Assembly: GCA_963779415.1 (NCBI GenBank)
Contig: CAVZYA010000002.1
Span: 187,291 to 251,290 of the forward strand
Direction: 5' to 3'
Length of the DNA stretch: 64,000 nucleotides
DNA from: an uncultured Acidobacteriota bacterium
GTDB taxonomy: Bacteria; Acidobacteriota; Thermoanaerobaculia; UBA5066
Shown here: one piece after another, positions 16,844 to 26,494 of the stretch
Layout of the letters: each line of letters opens with the position of its first letter
Numbering within the stretch: the first letter of the stretch is position 1
Notes under the pieces: generated by a model
What the model was told of the DNA's origin: nothing
Seen by the model: the letters and a program-made list of their open reading frames with translations, nothing else
The model's database searches: none
Translations under genes and position numbers: made by a program

Positions 16844-19587
16844 AAGTCGCTTCGGAAAGGCTTGCCTTGAGACGTTGGGCCTTGTCGCTTGCGGGCAGCC
16901 TGGTTCTCGGCCAGGGGGCCTTTGGGTCATCGGACCTGTCTGCACCGGCCTCGGTCTCCTCGGGGGCCAGCGCGACGAAGCTGGTGCCGATCGTCCTGGA
17001 CCTGACGGCGGGAAACGAGCACTTCACGACCGAGCTGACTCTGGCCAACCGGGGAACGACGGCCGCCACGGTGCAGCTCACCTACACGCCCGCGACGTTT
17101 CTCGGTGCCTCCGGCGGCGGCACGGCCGGCCTCTCCCTCTCTCCCGGCCAGCAATTCGTCGTCTCCGACGCCCTCGCCTTCCTCCGCAGCAAGGGGCTGC
17201 CGATCCCAACCCCCTCCGCCAGCCAGGGCGGCACGCTCCTCGTCTCCTTCACCGGCCTCTCTTCCTCCAACGCCGCCTTCGTCGGCGCCCGCACGACAAC
17301 CCCCTCGGCAGCCGGAAGAGCGGGCCTCGCCTACCCCGGAATCGATCTCTCCGCCGCTCCCACGGGCCCCTCCTACCTCTACGGCCTTCGCAGCTCGCCT
17401 ACGGATCGCTCGAATCTGGCGCTGGTGAACGCCGGAAGCTCGCCCGTCACCCTCCGCGTCACCCTCTTCTCCGGAACCGCCGGCGACAGCCGCTCTTACG
17501 TCCTCTCCCCCGACACGACCCTCGGCCCCTGGCAGTGGACCCAGATCGACCACGTCCTCGACCTTGCCGGCTACACCGACGGCTACGCTCGGATCGATCT
17601 CGTCTCCGGGACGGGGCCCTACGTCGCCTACGCGGTCTTCAACGACGACACGACCAACGACGGCTCCTACGTCGCCGCCGAATCGGCCTCGATGCCTCTG
17701 GAGATGCGGCTTCTCCCGGTCCTCGTCGAGAGCAGCTCGTTCCAAAGCGAGCTGGTCCTGACGAATCCGCTCTCCGTTCCCCAGACGGCCACCCTTTCAT
17801 ATGTCGAGTCGTACTCCCCGTCGGGCGGAGCAGGAGGAACGATCACCCTCGACTTCCAGCCGGGGGAGCAGAAGATCATCGAAAGCGCCATCGATTTTCT
17901 CCGCCAGAACGGGGTCGCCGTCGGGCCCAAAGGCGCGGCGACGTACGCCGGAGCGCTCTCCGTCACATTCCTGAACGCGGGCGCCCGGTCGACCGGCTTC
18001 GCCGGGGCGCGGACGGCGGCTCCCGTTGGCGGAACGGGCCCCGGCGAGTACGGCCTCTTCTATCCGGGGACAGGCCCGAGCTTCGCCGCCCTGAACGAGG
18101 CCTGGGTCTATGGCCTCGAGCAGAACGCCGGAAACCGCTCGAACCTCGCCGTGGCCAACCTCGGCGACGCGGGTGACTCCGTCACCTTCCGGATCGACGT
18201 CTACGATGGCAACACCGGACTGCTGGCCGGCTCCCTCACGCCCCCCGCTCTGCCCCCCGGCGGCTGGTACCAGATCAACTCCGTCCTTCAGAAATTCTCC
18301 GTCGCGAGCGGCTACGCCCACGCCGTCAAGCTCTCCGGCAACAGCCGCTTCCTCGCCTACGGCGTCGTGAACGACGGCGGCGCCCCCGGCCAGGGCACCT
18401 CCGACGGAAGCTTCGTCGCCGCTCAGGCGGTCGCCCCGATCACGTCGTTCTCGGTGGGGCCCGACATCACCCTGACCTACCCGAACCTTCCCGTCCTCTC
18501 CGACGAGCACACGACGGTCTTTCCGCCCGCGCAAGGCTCGGACAAGTACCTCATCTTCGCGGCCAACATGAAAAACGCGGGGAACCTCGCAGGTCCGGTC
18601 GTCCTCGAGACGACGGACCTTCGGACCTTCACGTTCGCCTCCGGGTACACGTCGCCGGTGATGACGGCCGCCTGGCCGTTCACGACGTGCAAACCGATGT
18701 ACGACCCGGAGTTCGACCTGAACTACGCGTCGCCGGGGTCCGTCGTGCAGGACCCGACGCGCCCCGCGGGGAACCTGATCATGATCTACGAGGCCGAAAA
18801 CCATTGCCCCGGGGCCGTCTGGCAGCACGACTTCTATGCCACGGTCGGGTTCGCCCGGTCGTCGGACTACGGGAAGACGTGGCCGACTCCCGTGGATGCC
18901 GAGCTGGGCGGGACCGACCGCTATCCCGTCCTGAAGCACCCGACGCCCGAACCGGCCACGCCGGAGAGCCCGCAGGTCGCGCTCGGCAACGCGATCCCGA
19001 GCGCCTTCGTCGACGGGACGAACCTCTACGTCACGTACGCGGCGCCGGGACCGACCTCCGACGGCATGGTCCGGGTCGCGCGGGCGCCGCTCGGCGAAGG
19101 CGGCACCGTTGCCTTCTCGAAGTGGAAGGACGGCGCCTTCGGCCAGCCCGGGATCGGCGGCCTCGACAGCGGCGTCCTCCCCGCGAGGGGATGCGCGGGT
19201 CACCAGGGGATGGGCCAGATCAGCCATAACGATGCGCTCGGCCTCTACCTCTTCACGTTCGTCTGTTCGGGGACGAGCGTGGGCGCCTGGTACTACTCGA
19301 CGGCGACGAGTCTCGACCATCAGAACTGGACGGCGCCGCAGCTGATCGAAGGCTCCCAGTATCCGGTCGTTTCGGGCTGTGCGAGCGACGGGACCGGGAC
19401 CTCGTTCGACGGATGGTACCCGTCGTTCGTCTCACCGGGCGTTCCGGCGGGCCACACGTCGGCGTCGGGATCGGTCCTCTACATGTACGGCTGTGACCGG
19501 GGAAGCCGGACCTTCCAGGCGAGGACCTTCACGATCGCGGCGCCTTCTCGGCCGTCGGCCACGGTTGGGAAGCCTCCGGCGCAGTAA
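16840..19587 (+). CDS. Secreted protein with two copies of the novel ~200-aa domain and a C-terminal DUF4185-like (glycosidase-like beta-propeller) domain
   Basis: GTG start overlaps the upstream stop (GTGA). It is an intact paralog of 14077..16843. The DUF4185 assignment is from memory of the family and is tentative. Confidence 0.75.
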   Translation: MKVASERLALRRWALSLAGSLVLGQGAFGSSDLSAPASVSSGASATKLVPIVLDLTAGNEHFTTELTLANRGTTAATVQLTYTPATFLGASGGGTAGLSLSPGQQFVVSDALAFLRSKGLPIPTPSASQGGTLLVSFTGLSSSNAAFVGARTTTPSAAGRAGLAYPGIDLSAAPTGPSYLYGLRSSPTDRSNLALVNAGSSPVTLRVTLFSGTAGDSRSYVLSPDTTLGPWQWTQIDHVLDLAGYTDGYARIDLVSGTGPYVAYAVFNDDTTNDGSYVAAESASMPLEMRLLPVLVESSSFQSELVLTNPLSVPQTATLSYVESYSPSGGAGGTITLDFQPGEQKIIESAIDFLRQNGVAVGPKGAATYAGALSVTFLNAGARSTGFAGARTAAPVGGTGPGEYGLFYPGTGPSFAALNEAWVYGLEQNAGNRSNLAVANLGDAGDSVTFRIDVYDGNTGLLAGSLTPPALPPGGWYQINSVLQKFSVASGYAHAVKLSGNSRFLAYGVVNDGGAPGQGTSDGSFVAAQAVAPITSFSVGPDITLTYPNLPVLSDEHTTVFPPAQGSDKYLIFAANMKNAGNLAGPVVLETTDLRTFTFASGYTSPVMTAAWPFTTCKPMYDPEFDLNYASPGSVVQDPTRPAGNLIMIYEAENHCPGAVWQHDFYATVGFARSSDYGKTWPTPVDAELGGTDRYPVLKHPTPEPATPESPQVALGNAIPSAFVDGTNLYVTYAAPGPTSDGMVRVARAPLGEGGTVAFSKWKDGAFGQPGIGGLDSGVLPARGCAGHQGMGQISHNDALGLYLFTFVCSGTSVGAWYYSTATSLDHQNWTAPQLIEGSQYPVVSGCASDGTGTSFDGWYPSFVSPGVPAGHTSASGSVLYMYGCDRGSRTFQARTFTIAAPSRPSATVGKPPAQ

Positions 19588-19605
19588 GGGATAAGGAGCC
19601 GTGCG

Positions 19606-22600
19606 ATGGAACCGAGCGTGACGAAATCAGGCTTGACCTGGTTGCTCCTCGCGATCGTGACGGCGGCAGCTCCCGGACTCGCCCAGTCGACGACGCCGAT
19701 CCCGCCGGAGTTCTTCGGCGTGGCCATGGTCAACGCGAAGGACCCTCCCGCGGTGCCGATGGGGACGATTGCCCACGGGGACTTCGCCTGGCAGCGGGTC
19801 GAGCAGCAGAAAGGGGTCTTCGACTTCTCGATCCTCGACGCGTACGTCGCGGCGGCGCAGGCGGACGGACTCGTGGACGCGGTAACGAACACGGCGAGCG
19901 TGGCGATCACGCTCGCCGCCGGGACGCCGGGGTGGGCGGTCGCGGACAAGAGCACGTGCGGGACGACCGGCGGCGTCGTCGTCTGCACGGCTCCGCCCGA
20001 CGACATCCAGGACTGGAAGGATTTCGTCACGGCTCTTCTCGCCCACTACGACGGCACGGCGCAGCCGCACATCCGGATCTACGAGCTTTGGAACGAGTTC
20101 AACGTGTCGCTTTGGTGGACCGGCACGAACGCCCAGATGGTCGCGCTCGCACAGGCCGCGTACCCGATCGTTCACGCGGACCCGAACTCGATCCTTCTTA
20201 CTCCGTCCGTCGCCGGCCCGGTCGGGACGGCGTCGCTGCACAGCGGCGTCACGCACATGACGTCCTACCTGCAGGCGGGCGGCGCCGCATACGCGGACGG
20301 AGGCGCCTTTCACGGGTACGTCGGGGCGCAGGGCGGCGTGAGCCCCTTCCCGATGCCCGAGGACGACGGGACTCCGGGGTGCACCCCGTTCGTGACCTGC
20401 TACGGTTCCATCGTCACCAAGGCGACGCAGATGCGTACCGTCTTCGATGACTACGGTCTCCTCGGCAAGCCGATCTACCAGACCGAAGGGAGCTGGGGGA
20501 ACAACACGGTCACCGACCCGGACACGCAGACGGCCTGGATCACGCGGTACACGCTTCTTCAGGCGGGGCTGCGTTCGTCGGTGAACCTCCAGCTGGCGGC
20601 GTGGTTCACCTGGGCGCCACCCGCCTTTGGCTGGGGGACCATCGAAGACTCGTCGGGCAACCCCACGCCCGCAGGCGCCGCGTACCGCGAGGTCTACCAC
20701 TGGCTCGTCGGGGCGACGCTCGCCCAGCCCTGCTCGAGCGGCGTGGACGGCACGTGGACCTGCTCGCTTACGCGTCCGGGAGGTTACGTCGCGAAGGCCG
20801 TCTGGAACACGAAAGGACCGGCGACGTATTCGCCGGGGACCGGCTATACGCAGCTGCGCGACGTCACGGGCGCCACGACGCCGATCCCGCCGGGGGGCTC
20901 GGTCGCGATCGGCGCCAAACCCGTCCTCGTCGAGGGGAGCACGCTCGCGCCCCCCGGCGCCCCGAACATCGTCCTGATCCTGACGGACGACCAGGACGTT
21001 CAGAGCGGGATGCTCGCGTACATGCCCCACCTGCAGGAGCTGCTCGTGGCCCGGGGGACGTCGTTCCCGAACAACATGGTCCCGCTCTCGCTCTGCTGCC
21101 CCTCGCGCACGACGATCCTGCGGGGCCAGTACCCGCACAACACGGGGGTCCTCGGAAACTCGCTGCCGAACGGCGGCTTCGAGAAGGCGTACAACGAAAA
21201 TGTCGAGGCGTCCACGGTCGCGACGCTCCTCCACGGGGCCGGTTACCGGACCGCGCTCTTCGGCAAGTACCTGAACGGCTATCCGGACACGGCCGACGGG
21301 TTCTACATTCCACCGGGCTGGGACGAGTGGTACAGCCCGATCTCCGGCGACCCGTACAGCGAGTTCAACTACGGCCTCAACGAGAACGGCAAGAAGTTCT
21401 CGTACGGCAGCACCGCCGCGGACTATGGGACGGATGTCTACCTCGGCAAGGCCGTCGACTTCATCCAGCGCGCCGCGTCGACGCCGAGCCAGCCGATCTT
21501 CGTCTACTTCGCGACGTACGCGCCTCACTCGCCCTATACGCCGGCGCCCCGCCACGCCGGCCTCTTCCCCGGCGTCACGGCCCCGCATTTCCCGTCGTTC
21601 AACGAGGCGGACGTGAGCGAGAAGCCGGCGTACATCAATACGAAACCGCTCCTGACGCCGGCGGACATCGCGGGCATCGACTCCGACTTTCAGGGACGCT
21701 TGCAGGCGCTCCAGGCCGTCGACGAGGCCATCGCGACGCTCGTCTCGACGCTCTCGGCCACCGGCCGCCTCGCGAACACGTTCCTCGTCTTCGCCTCGGA
21801 CAACGGTTACCACATGGGCGAGCACCGTCTCCTACCCGGGAAGTACACGCCGTACGAGACCGACATTCACGTCCCGCTCGTCATCCGAGGCCCCGGCGTC
21901 CCGGCGGGCGTGGCACGCAGCGAGTACACGGCGGACCTGGATCTCGCGGAGACGTTCGCCGATCTGGCCGGCGTCCCCCCGCTCTCCTTCTCGGACGGGC
22001 GCTCGCTCAAGCCGCTCCTGACGGGGCCGCCCCCGTCCGCATGGCGGCAGGCGTTCTTTCTCGAGGAGTTCGGGACCGGCGAGTTCGATCCCCCGGACGT
22101 CCTCGCCGGCACACCCCGCGAACCGCTCGACAAGCAGGATCTCGCGACGACGGTCCCGATTCCGAGCTATTACGGGTTCCAGGCGACCGGCTACAAGTTC
22201 GTCGCTTACAAGTCAGGAGAAAAAGAGCTCTACGTCGCCTCGGACCCGTACGAGCTGGCGAACGTCGCGTCGAAGGTCAGCCCGGCGATCGAAACTGCCC
22301 TCGCGTCCTACCTGAACTCGTTCGATGGCTGCGTGGGGGACGCCTGCCGAGCCGCCGAGGCCGTCGCCCCGCCCGCGCTCCTGACGGCGTCTTTCACCGT
22401 CACCCCTCCGGCGCCCCCGAGTGGGGCCGCCGTGACGCTCACGGCGACGGCGAGCGGCACCGCGCCCTACACATACGCATGGACGGTCGACGGCACGCCC
22501 CAGAGCGGCGCGAGCATCGTTCTCCATCCGTCCGACGGGAGTCACGGCGTGACGCTGGACGTTCACGACTCGATCGGGGCCGAGGCCATCGTCACTCAGA

Positions 22601-24309
22601 CGGTGACCGTCGGGACGCCTCCCGTCGTCCAGATCCAGACGCCCTCCGCCGACCTGAGCGTCGAGGCGGGCATCTCCGTCGCGTTCGGCGCCAGTGGCTC
22701 TCCTTCCGTACCGGGGGGGACCCTCGGCTACGCGTGGGACTTCGGCGACGGGATGCCCGGCGCCGCGGGAGCCTCCACGAGTCACCTGTACGGCGTCCCC
22801 GGGACGTACACGGTCAGGCTGACCGGCACCGACTCGCGTGGCGCCATCGCGACGGCGACCCGGACGATCGTCGTCACGCTGCCGACCCTCACCGGAGCTT
22901 CGCTTCTTCTCCCCGTCGTCGTCGAGACGCCCGGAGCGGGCGGAAGCTACTACACGTCCCAGGTGACGATCGGCTCGCGCCTGCCGTCGCCGGTCGACGT
23001 CCTCCTCGCTTACTCCGCATCGGACGGCGGCGGCTCCGGGTACGCGCGCCTCACGCTCGCGGCCGGCCAGCAGATGATCCTCCCGGGAATCCTCGGATGG
23101 CTGCGCGGCGCCGGCCTTCCCATCCCCTCCGACAGGGTCACGACACGAGCCGGGACCCTGACGGCCACCTTCTCGGGCGCGGCGACCACGGCGGGCCTCT
23201 TCCTCGGTGCCCGGACCTTCACGAACGACCCGGCGGGCGGCGCCGGAACCTTCGGTCTCTTCTACCCCGCCGCCCCGGTCGTCACCGACTCGATCACCAT
23301 CTTCGGGCTCCAGCAGGACCCGGCGCAGCGCTCGAACCTCGCTCTCGTGAACACGAGCGACGCGCCGATCACGCTCCGGACCCTCCTCTACGGTCCGACC
23401 GGCCTTCCGCTCTCCACCACGGACACCGGGCTTCCCCCGTTCGGGTGGACGCAGATCGGATCTCCGCTGAACGGGACCGGCGCGTCGTCCGGCGTGGCGA
23501 TCGTCTCGCGGCTCTCCGGCACCGGGAGCTTCTCGGCCTACGGCGTCCTGAACGACGCCGTCACCTCGGACGGCTCGTTCCTCCCCCCGCTCACGGCCGA
23601 CGCGTCGGCTCCCGACCGGATCCTCCCGGTCGTCGTCTCCGCCGCGGGCTACAGCTCCGAGCTGACGCTGACGAATCTGACCTCCTCGTCGCTCACGCTG
23701 ACGATGACCTACACGGCCTCGCCGCAGATCGGATCGGGGACCGGCTCCGGAACCGCGACGCTCACGCTCGGGCCGAACGAACAGAGGATCGGAGATGCCA
23801 TGACGACCCTTCGTCAGGCCGGCATCCCGGTTCCGACCACCGGCGACATCGGGGGATCCCTCGACCTCCGCGCCGGGGCCGGAAGCGCCTCCTCCTTCGC
23901 GGCCGGGGCCCGAACCTTCACGAGAGCGGACACCGGCGGCACGTTCGGGCAGTTCTACACGGGCCTCACGATCGCCGACTCCGCCACGTCGATCGCCTAC
24001 GTCGACGGGCTGCAGCAGAACGGCGTTCAGCGCTCGAACCTTGCCGTCGTCAACCGAGGCGACGCCGGCGACACGATCACGCTCCAGATCACCTACTACG
24101 GCCCCGACGGGTCCCAGGCCGGCCCCGTGAAGACCTACACGCTTTCGCCCGGCCAGTGGGCGCAGGACAACAAGCCGCTCCTCGCGCGCGGCATCTCCGC
24201 TGGCTCGGCGAAGATCCGGAAGATCTCGGGCAACTCGCACTTCGTCGCGTATGGCGTTCTCAACGACCAGACCAATTCCGACGGGAGCTACATCGCCATG
24301 AGCAATTAG
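19606..24309 (+). CDS. Giant secreted multidomain protein: clan-A-like GH domain, Cys-type sulfatase, two PKD domains and two C-terminal copies of the novel ~200-aa domain
   Basis: AAGGAG RBS 9 nt upstream and a signal peptide. 'IRIYELWNEFN' is GH-like. The sulfatase signature 'LSLCCPSRTTILRGQYPHNTG' (C-x-P-x-R) is at nt ~21094-21108. The PKD motifs are 'YTYAWTVDG' and 'GYAWDFGDG'. Confidence 0.8.
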   Translation: MEPSVTKSGLTWLLLAIVTAAAPGLAQSTTPIPPEFFGVAMVNAKDPPAVPMGTIAHGDFAWQRVEQQKGVFDFSILDAYVAAAQADGLVDAVTNTASVAITLAAGTPGWAVADKSTCGTTGGVVVCTAPPDDIQDWKDFVTALLAHYDGTAQPHIRIYELWNEFNVSLWWTGTNAQMVALAQAAYPIVHADPNSILLTPSVAGPVGTASLHSGVTHMTSYLQAGGAAYADGGAFHGYVGAQGGVSPFPMPEDDGTPGCTPFVTCYGSIVTKATQMRTVFDDYGLLGKPIYQTEGSWGNNTVTDPDTQTAWITRYTLLQAGLRSSVNLQLAAWFTWAPPAFGWGTIEDSSGNPTPAGAAYREVYHWLVGATLAQPCSSGVDGTWTCSLTRPGGYVAKAVWNTKGPATYSPGTGYTQLRDVTGATTPIPPGGSVAIGAKPVLVEGSTLAPPGAPNIVLILTDDQDVQSGMLAYMPHLQELLVARGTSFPNNMVPLSLCCPSRTTILRGQYPHNTGVLGNSLPNGGFEKAYNENVEASTVATLLHGAGYRTALFGKYLNGYPDTADGFYIPPGWDEWYSPISGDPYSEFNYGLNENGKKFSYGSTAADYGTDVYLGKAVDFIQRAASTPSQPIFVYFATYAPHSPYTPAPRHAGLFPGVTAPHFPSFNEADVSEKPAYINTKPLLTPADIAGIDSDFQGRLQALQAVDEAIATLVSTLSATGRLANTFLVFASDNGYHMGEHRLLPGKYTPYETDIHVPLVIRGPGVPAGVARSEYTADLDLAETFADLAGVPPLSFSDGRSLKPLLTGPPPSAWRQAFFLEEFGTGEFDPPDVLAGTPREPLDKQDLATTVPIPSYYGFQATGYKFVAYKSGEKELYVASDPYELANVASKVSPAIETALASYLNSFDGCVGDACRAAEAVAPPALLTASFTVTPPAPPSGAAVTLTATASGTAPYTYAWTVDGTPQSGASIVLHPSDGSHGVTLDVHDSIGAEAIVTQTVTVGTPPVVQIQTPSADLSVEAGISVAFGASGSPSVPGGTLGYAWDFGDGMPGAAGASTSHLYGVPGTYTVRLTGTDSRGAIATATRTIVVTLPTLTGASLLLPVVVETPGAGGSYYTSQVTIGSRLPSPVDVLLAYSASDGGGSGYARLTLAAGQQMILPGILGWLRGAGLPIPSDRVTTRAGTLTATFSGAATTAGLFLGARTFTNDPAGGAGTFGLFYPAAPVVTDSITIFGLQQDPAQRSNLALVNTSDAPITLRTLLYGPTGLPLSTTDTGLPPFGWTQIGSPLNGTGASSGVAIVSRLSGTGSFSAYGVLNDAVTSDGSFLPPLTADASAPDRILPVVVSAAGYSSELTLTNLTSSSLTLTMTYTASPQIGSGTGSGTATLTLGPNEQRIGDAMTTLRQAGIPVPTTGDIGGSLDLRAGAGSASSFAAGARTFTRADTGGTFGQFYTGLTIADSATSIAYVDGLQQNGVQRSNLAVVNRGDAGDTITLQITYYGPDGSQAGPVKTYTLSPGQWAQDNKPLLARGISAGSAKIRKISGNSHFVAYGVLNDQTNSDGSYIAMSN

Positions 24310-26289
24310 CCGGACGCGGGCCAGATCCTGTTGCTCTCCTCGAGATCCGCCAGGTAGCGCATCAGGCGCTGGACTCTCCAGAACTCCCTCGCGTGTCCGC
24401 CCAGCCGTCCCTTGCGGGCGATTCCGTTCCGGTCGACCAGGAAGAGATCCGTCCCGATCAAGGCGATGCCGGGCCCGCGATCGTGCCCGGCCTGCGAGGA
24501 GAAGATCGAGCGTCCGAGAAACGGGTTCGGCCTCTGGGGAAGGCCGAGCAGGTGGATCAGGGACGGCGCGAAGTCGACGGAGGTCCGGAACTCCGCGTCG
24601 AAGGTCTTCGGGAGCCGGTGTCCGGGCGAATAGATGACGAGCGGGATCGTATCGACGGGAATGCGAGGAAGGTCGGGGAAGTGCGGCCGGATGGCCTCCA
24701 TGTAGGTCCTCTCCGGATAGTGACAATGGTCCGTCGTGAAGACGACGACGGTGTTCTGTGCGAGAGGCGACCGGAGGAAGAACTCCAGGAACCGGCCGAA
24801 CGCGTGGTCGAAGCTGTGAACGGTGTTGAGGCTGTAGTTCCCGCCGTCACCATACTTCGGGCCATCGGCCGCCGAATCCTGGAAGGCATGGGTCTCGATG
24901 TTGTAGAGGCCGACGAAGAAGGGGCGCGCCCCGCGTCCGCGCCCCTGTCGCTCCTCGAGAAAACCGATGAGGGAGTCGAGGAGCTGGTGATCGGAAAGAG
25001 CGTCGCTCCGCAGCGGCTCCGCCCCCGCCAGATAGCGCGCCGAGAGGTCTTCCGCGGTCCAGACGTTCTCGAACCCGATCCGTCTCATCATCTCGTCGAC
25101 GCGGGCGGCCGGCCGCCGGTGCGTGTCGAGGAAGTCCGTCTCGTACCCCAGCTCGCGGAGGTAGTCGGCGAGGCTGAAGTAGCTTCTGACGCCCCCGCCC
25201 TCGGGACCCTCGAGCCAGGCATCCGACCCCTCGTCTTTCGGAAAGAGCGAGCAGAGCTGTCCGTGAAGACCCCGGTACGTCGCGAAACGAGTGGTTGTAG
25301 TAGTTCGTCACGACCATCGTCCTCGGGTCGGCGGCGAACCGGTCGAGATTCGGCGTGATCCCCGGGAACGGTGAGCCGTAGGGTCCCGTCAGACGCGCCG
25401 ACAGCCCCTCCGTGAAGAAGACGACGAGGTTGGGAAGGCGAGGCGCTCCCGGCTCCTTCGCGAAGGGTGGATCGCCTTCGTAGATCCACTCCTTCCGGAG
25501 CGGAAAGTCGCTCGACATCGAGATCTCGAAACCATATCGCTTCGCCGCCACGGCATCGTTCAGGGTGAACGCGCCCGGATCTCCCGCCGGTCTCCCGACG
25601 AGTACGTCGATCAGGGAGACGAAGGGGGACCGGTCCGTTATGTTGTTCCCCTCGTACAGCTCCTCCCGGATCCTGCGGGCGTTTTCCGGAAGTGCCCGGG
25701 GGATGACGCCGATGACGCCCGCGAGAGACAGCGCCGCGAGGGAGAGGGTTCCCGCTTCGCGCCAGCGGACGGCATTCCGCGCGCATTCCGTCAGGAGCGG
25801 CACGAAGAGCGCGACCGCCACCGCGACGGCGGCCGCCGCGACCCTCCTCGGGCTGAGGAGAAGCGTCACGTGGTTCGCGTTCTCGACCGCCAGCCTCGAG
25901 AGGTACTGGCCCGTCAGGTAATGTGAGGCGAGCTGAAAGACGTCCCCGAGAAACGGAACGAGAAAGACACCGTAGGCCAGAAGCCGCAGCGGGAGCCGGC
26001 CGTTGACCAGGAGGGCCCCCGCGGAGACGACGAGCAGGACGTCGATGACTTGACCGGCGAAGAACGTGCTAACGGCGAGAAAGGCCGGGAGAGCGGCGGA
26101 TCCGGTGGTCAGGGAGAGCTGGCACGCGAACCCTCCGAGGAGGAGGGCGTTCCAGACGAGGACGAGACCGACGAAGACGTACGGTCTCCTCGCCGTGCGG
26201 AAAAATGGCATCCGGAACTCGCCTCTCATCTCGAGGATCTCGAGAATGGCCTGCCAGAGCAGACGCGACCGGAACACTACTCCAGTCAT
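24306..26289 (-). CDS. LtaS/phosphoglycerol-transferase-like membrane sulfatase-family protein, with an apparent frameshift near 25255-25275
   Basis: N-terminal multi-TM region plus a sulfatase domain, split across ORFs 24847..26289 and 24306..25091. The join is 'NYYNHSFRDV' / 'RGLHGQLCSLFP'. Confidence 0.6.
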
Positions 26290-26494
26290 TCAGCCCCGAG
26301 CGACGTGAACCACGACCCGCGACTGGGGTCAGGCCTCAAGCACGAATCGCATGGCTGCTCGGCGGTACGATCCGCGGCTGTGCCGACGTCAAGGCCCGAA
26401 GCCTCCTCCGCGACATCGTCAAGCACCCGGCCGATGTCGAGGTCCCGTCGGACGAGGCTCGATGAGCTGGAGTGAAGGTGCTTCTCGGAGAAGA

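Noticed and set aside
20601-25358. 1585-aa + strand ORF overlapping the sulfatase/PKD gene in another frame.
   Set aside because: Low-complexity Arg/Gly/Pro translation. The in-frame gene 19606..24309 has an RBS, a signal peptide and multiple recognisable domains.
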